From assembly GCA_029953675.1 (NCBI GenBank), contig JAMWBK010000001.1:2976001-3040000 (forward strand): 64,000 nucleotides of DNA, read 5' to 3'. Shown here piece by piece: positions 61,520-64,000 of the stretch. The notes under the pieces are model-generated. The model did not search any database and was not told where the DNA came from. It saw only the letters and a program-made list of their open reading frames with translations. Positions within the stretch are counted from its first letter, which is position 1, and every line of letters begins with the position of its first letter. This DNA is from Rhodosorus marinus CCMP1338 (lineage: Eukaryota; Plantae; Rhodophyta). Made by a program: the position numbers and the translations under genes.

Positions 61520-61580
61520 TCTATTCCGCATTATGCCGACATAGCGCTCTGGGCTATGTCAGTAAAAACCAGTAAAACCA
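61520..61580 (+). mobile_element. Very short CRE-like 3' end remnant (copy G)
   Basis: ATAGCGCTCTGGGCTATGTCAGTAAAAACCAGTAAAACCA matches the family 3' terminus. Confidence 0.55.
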
Positions 61581-62407
61581 TTGGGCAAACGCATGGCCAG
61601 GGTAGCCAAGTTGGAAGATCCTTGGATTTTCAAAAACTTCAATTTGTAATCTTCAAAATGCTTTGTACTCTTCTCGGCTTGATCTCGCTCGTCTTAACTA
61701 ACGGGGGTAGGACATTTGCTTATGTACGGAACGAAGGCAATTCTTTTCTTGGTCTTTTTTGGTATTGTTTATAATTTCAAAGTGTTCGCCGGGGCAAGAA
61801 GGGTTGTGTCACACTGCAACGATTTAGTTGGAAGGCGGTTACCACTACGATTTCAAGAGAACGGTGGCGTTTGAGCTTCAACCTTGTTAGAGCGGCCGCT
61901 TGTAAACACACACATACTTCTCACTTTCTCTGCTTCTTTTTTTTCCTCAGTCGGATTGGTTTTGTCTATTTTTGGGGTGTGATCAATAAATAGCAAATGC
62001 AGGTTAGGGCGGGGGGTTCAACTCTAGTGGGCCGCGTTCAAGTAGATTATACTCTAACAGGCGAAGATGGTATGGGTCCCGTGACTGTATTTGGTACTCT
62101 TGTGAATTTTCGTATTCCATGCTTCAGTTCATCTACAACATCCTTGGAATTAGCGAAACTCCTCTTTGCCGGGAAATGGTCACGTCATTCGTCCCGCGCT
62201 CGGGAGAGCTAAAGCGCGGGGAGCCCACTTCAGCCGCCGCATGATCGCGCCTTTTGTCGCTCGAATTTCGCACTAAATTTGGACTCAGAAAATTCTGTTC
62301 ACAGTTCCTTACGAAGTCTGTACGCTGGCAAGGATGTCTATATAAAGCGCCCTCGGGACCCGGGAGACGTCAGGAGGGTCTAAGGAGAAGATCATTAGTT
62401 AAGCAAA

Positions 62408-64000
62408 ATGGATATGAAATTGTATTCGAGAGTGAGCGTTGTTTTCATTCTACTGCTCAGCGCGAGCAACGCGGTTCCCTGCGGGCGAGCCTGGGAGAGT
62501 GAGAGTATTCCTCTAGAGCTTGTACATAGCAGCCGACAGGTTAGCTGCAATGGTGTTGCACCTCTTCCAGAAGCGGTTCAGTTAAAGGGCATACCCGGCA
62601 TTGACTCGAACTGTATCGCAGCGTCTGATGTGGTAACCTTACCCGGCACTCTTTCGGCGCTGGTGATGGACGAACTCGACGCTTCGCAGCAGGCCAAGGA
62701 CATCGTTAGCGGCATTCTGAATCCGCTGGAGGCTGCCGTAAGAGTTGCGCTGAAGAACTTGACGCCGAGGGCAAATGACAACATCTGCTTTGGAAACTTC
62801 CAAAGCAGCGAAATGAAGGGTGAATTCTCCCTGGACAAGAATCGAATGAGTGCTAACAAGTGCAGCAAATTGCCACTGGTCGCAGGACAGGAGTGGTCCA
62901 CGTTTGCCTTCGCTTTAACAGCTCCGTTTCCGGGATGCGTGACGCAAGCAAACCAGACCGCAACCTTCTGTGCGGCAGTCAGCATTTGTCCACAAACGAA
63001 GCTGCCGACTGTCGCGGTAGTTGTGGGAGCAACAACAATGGCCTGTCTTGGAGAGAATATGGCTGCGGGAGATGGCGGTATCACGTGGGCCTTGACCAAG
63101 GTAGCGTCAGTGGGGCTTGATGCCATCGCTGGCGGTATCTCGTTGAGCAACGCATTGTACGCGAAGGCCAATGTTTACACGGGACATCAGGATAAGAAGT
63201 ACCGCTTGATTAACTATGAGATTCGCGGCAACTACTACGACTCGATTCTGTTTGCTCTCAAGCTTGAGAAATTCAAGGTTCCGCCAGTGCTCAGTCTGTC
63301 GGGTGCTTCTACGAGAATTGTTTCCGTTCGAGGGCTGGAGAATATTGCGTTCGAGAATACAATCAGCGCATTCAAGGGTGGGGAGGACTCGAACGGGTTC
63401 CAGGACGACATTTTGGATCTCTTCGAATCTATGTCCGGTGTTACTATTCAGGCAGCCATGATAATGAACCTGAAGTTGCAGTTCAAGTTTTCTAAAGTCC
63501 CGGGCTTGCATAAGATACTTCCAGACTCGGGGGTGATGACCATAGGGGAGATGAACATGTTTGTGAGTACGGGGTCGGCGACCCCACCCGGTGATGAATA
63601 CAAGGATCTCGTCGTTAAGCCGGGAGTCTATGCTTTCGTTGGCAGCAATGCAGTTCCGGCGATCATTAAGGGGATGTTGGAGTACCTGTTGAGCTTTGTT
63701 GGAGCTGTTCTGGACCTGTTCGGAGATTGGGTACCGTTTAAGCTTGATGCAAAGGATCTTCTTAGCGGATTCAACCCGGGAGCATCGGACCACTTCGCCT
63801 TTGGTTTCACGGCGAATGCGGACCAGACTGGGATTATGCTGAACGTGCCCTTGATTTTCGACTTTTTGGGGCACGCGACTTTTGAGTGCACGACAGACTA
63901 TAAATCGCTGAGGTGCCGCGTTGATACCAACTTCAACTCCAAGTTCTTCATAGCGATAGCGGAAACGATTGCAGAAGGAGTCTTGTGGGTTATCAAAGAG
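62408..64000 (+). CDS. Large secreted protein of unknown family (paralog 2, runs off right edge; absent from ORF track)
   Basis: Manually translated, open from ATG 62408 (MDMKLYSRVSVVFILLLSASNA) to the window end; colinear with 46569-48161. Confidence 0.9.
   Translation, partial: MDMKLYSRVSVVFILLLSASNAVPCGRAWESESIPLELVHSSRQVSCNGVAPLPEAVQLKGIPGIDSNCIAASDVVTLPGTLSALVMDELDASQQAKDIVSGILNPLEAAVRVALKNLTPRANDNICFGNFQSSEMKGEFSLDKNRMSANKCSKLPLVAGQEWSTFAFALTAPFPGCVTQANQTATFCAAVSICPQTKLPTVAVVVGATTMACLGENMAAGDGGITWALTKVASVGLDAIAGGISLSNALYAKANVYTGHQDKKYRLINYEIRGNYYDSILFALKLEKFKVPPVLSLSGASTRIVSVRGLENIAFENTISAFKGGEDSNGFQDDILDLFESMSGVTIQAAMIMNLKLQFKFSKVPGLHKILPDSGVMTIGEMNMFVSTGSATPPGDEYKDLVVKPGVYAFVGSNAVPAIIKGMLEYLLSFVGAVLDLFGDWVPFKLDAKDLLSGFNPGASDHFAFGFTANADQTGIMLNVPLIFDFLGHATFECTTDYKSLRCRVDTNFNSKFFIAIAETIAEGVLWVIKE

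Overview
Eukaryotic nuclear DNA with compact genes and mostly 70-100 nt GT-AG introns. A unicellular red alga is plausible from the plastid-type DUF2358 gene, intron size and 'VHEKxRPFxC'-linked C2H2 fingers, but the taxon is inferred only. The prokaryote-style ORF track fragments most genes. Several genes show +/-1 shifts at homopolymers, suggesting long-read consensus errors, so exon limits are approximate. Left part (~1-42 kb), housekeeping: five tandem co-oriented RRM genes with mitochondrial-type presequences, DUF2358, an 8-finger C2H2 protein, a CDP-alcohol phosphatidyltransferase, a NAPE-PLD-like protein missing most metal ligands, a ZFP36/TIS11-type CCCH protein, COQ6, coilin-like, an intronless secreted Cys-cassette protein, a stand-alone SWIB protein and PRP3. 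Right part (~42.5-64 kb), accessory island: one nearly full-length CRE-clade non-LTR retrotransposon (RT plus restriction-like endonuclease) and six 3' fragments, all on the + strand and three stacked head-to-tail. These are interleaved with two duplicated families of unrecognised secreted proteins, plus a 48-bp near-perfect hairpin. No rRNA, tRNA or CRISPR array could be supported.
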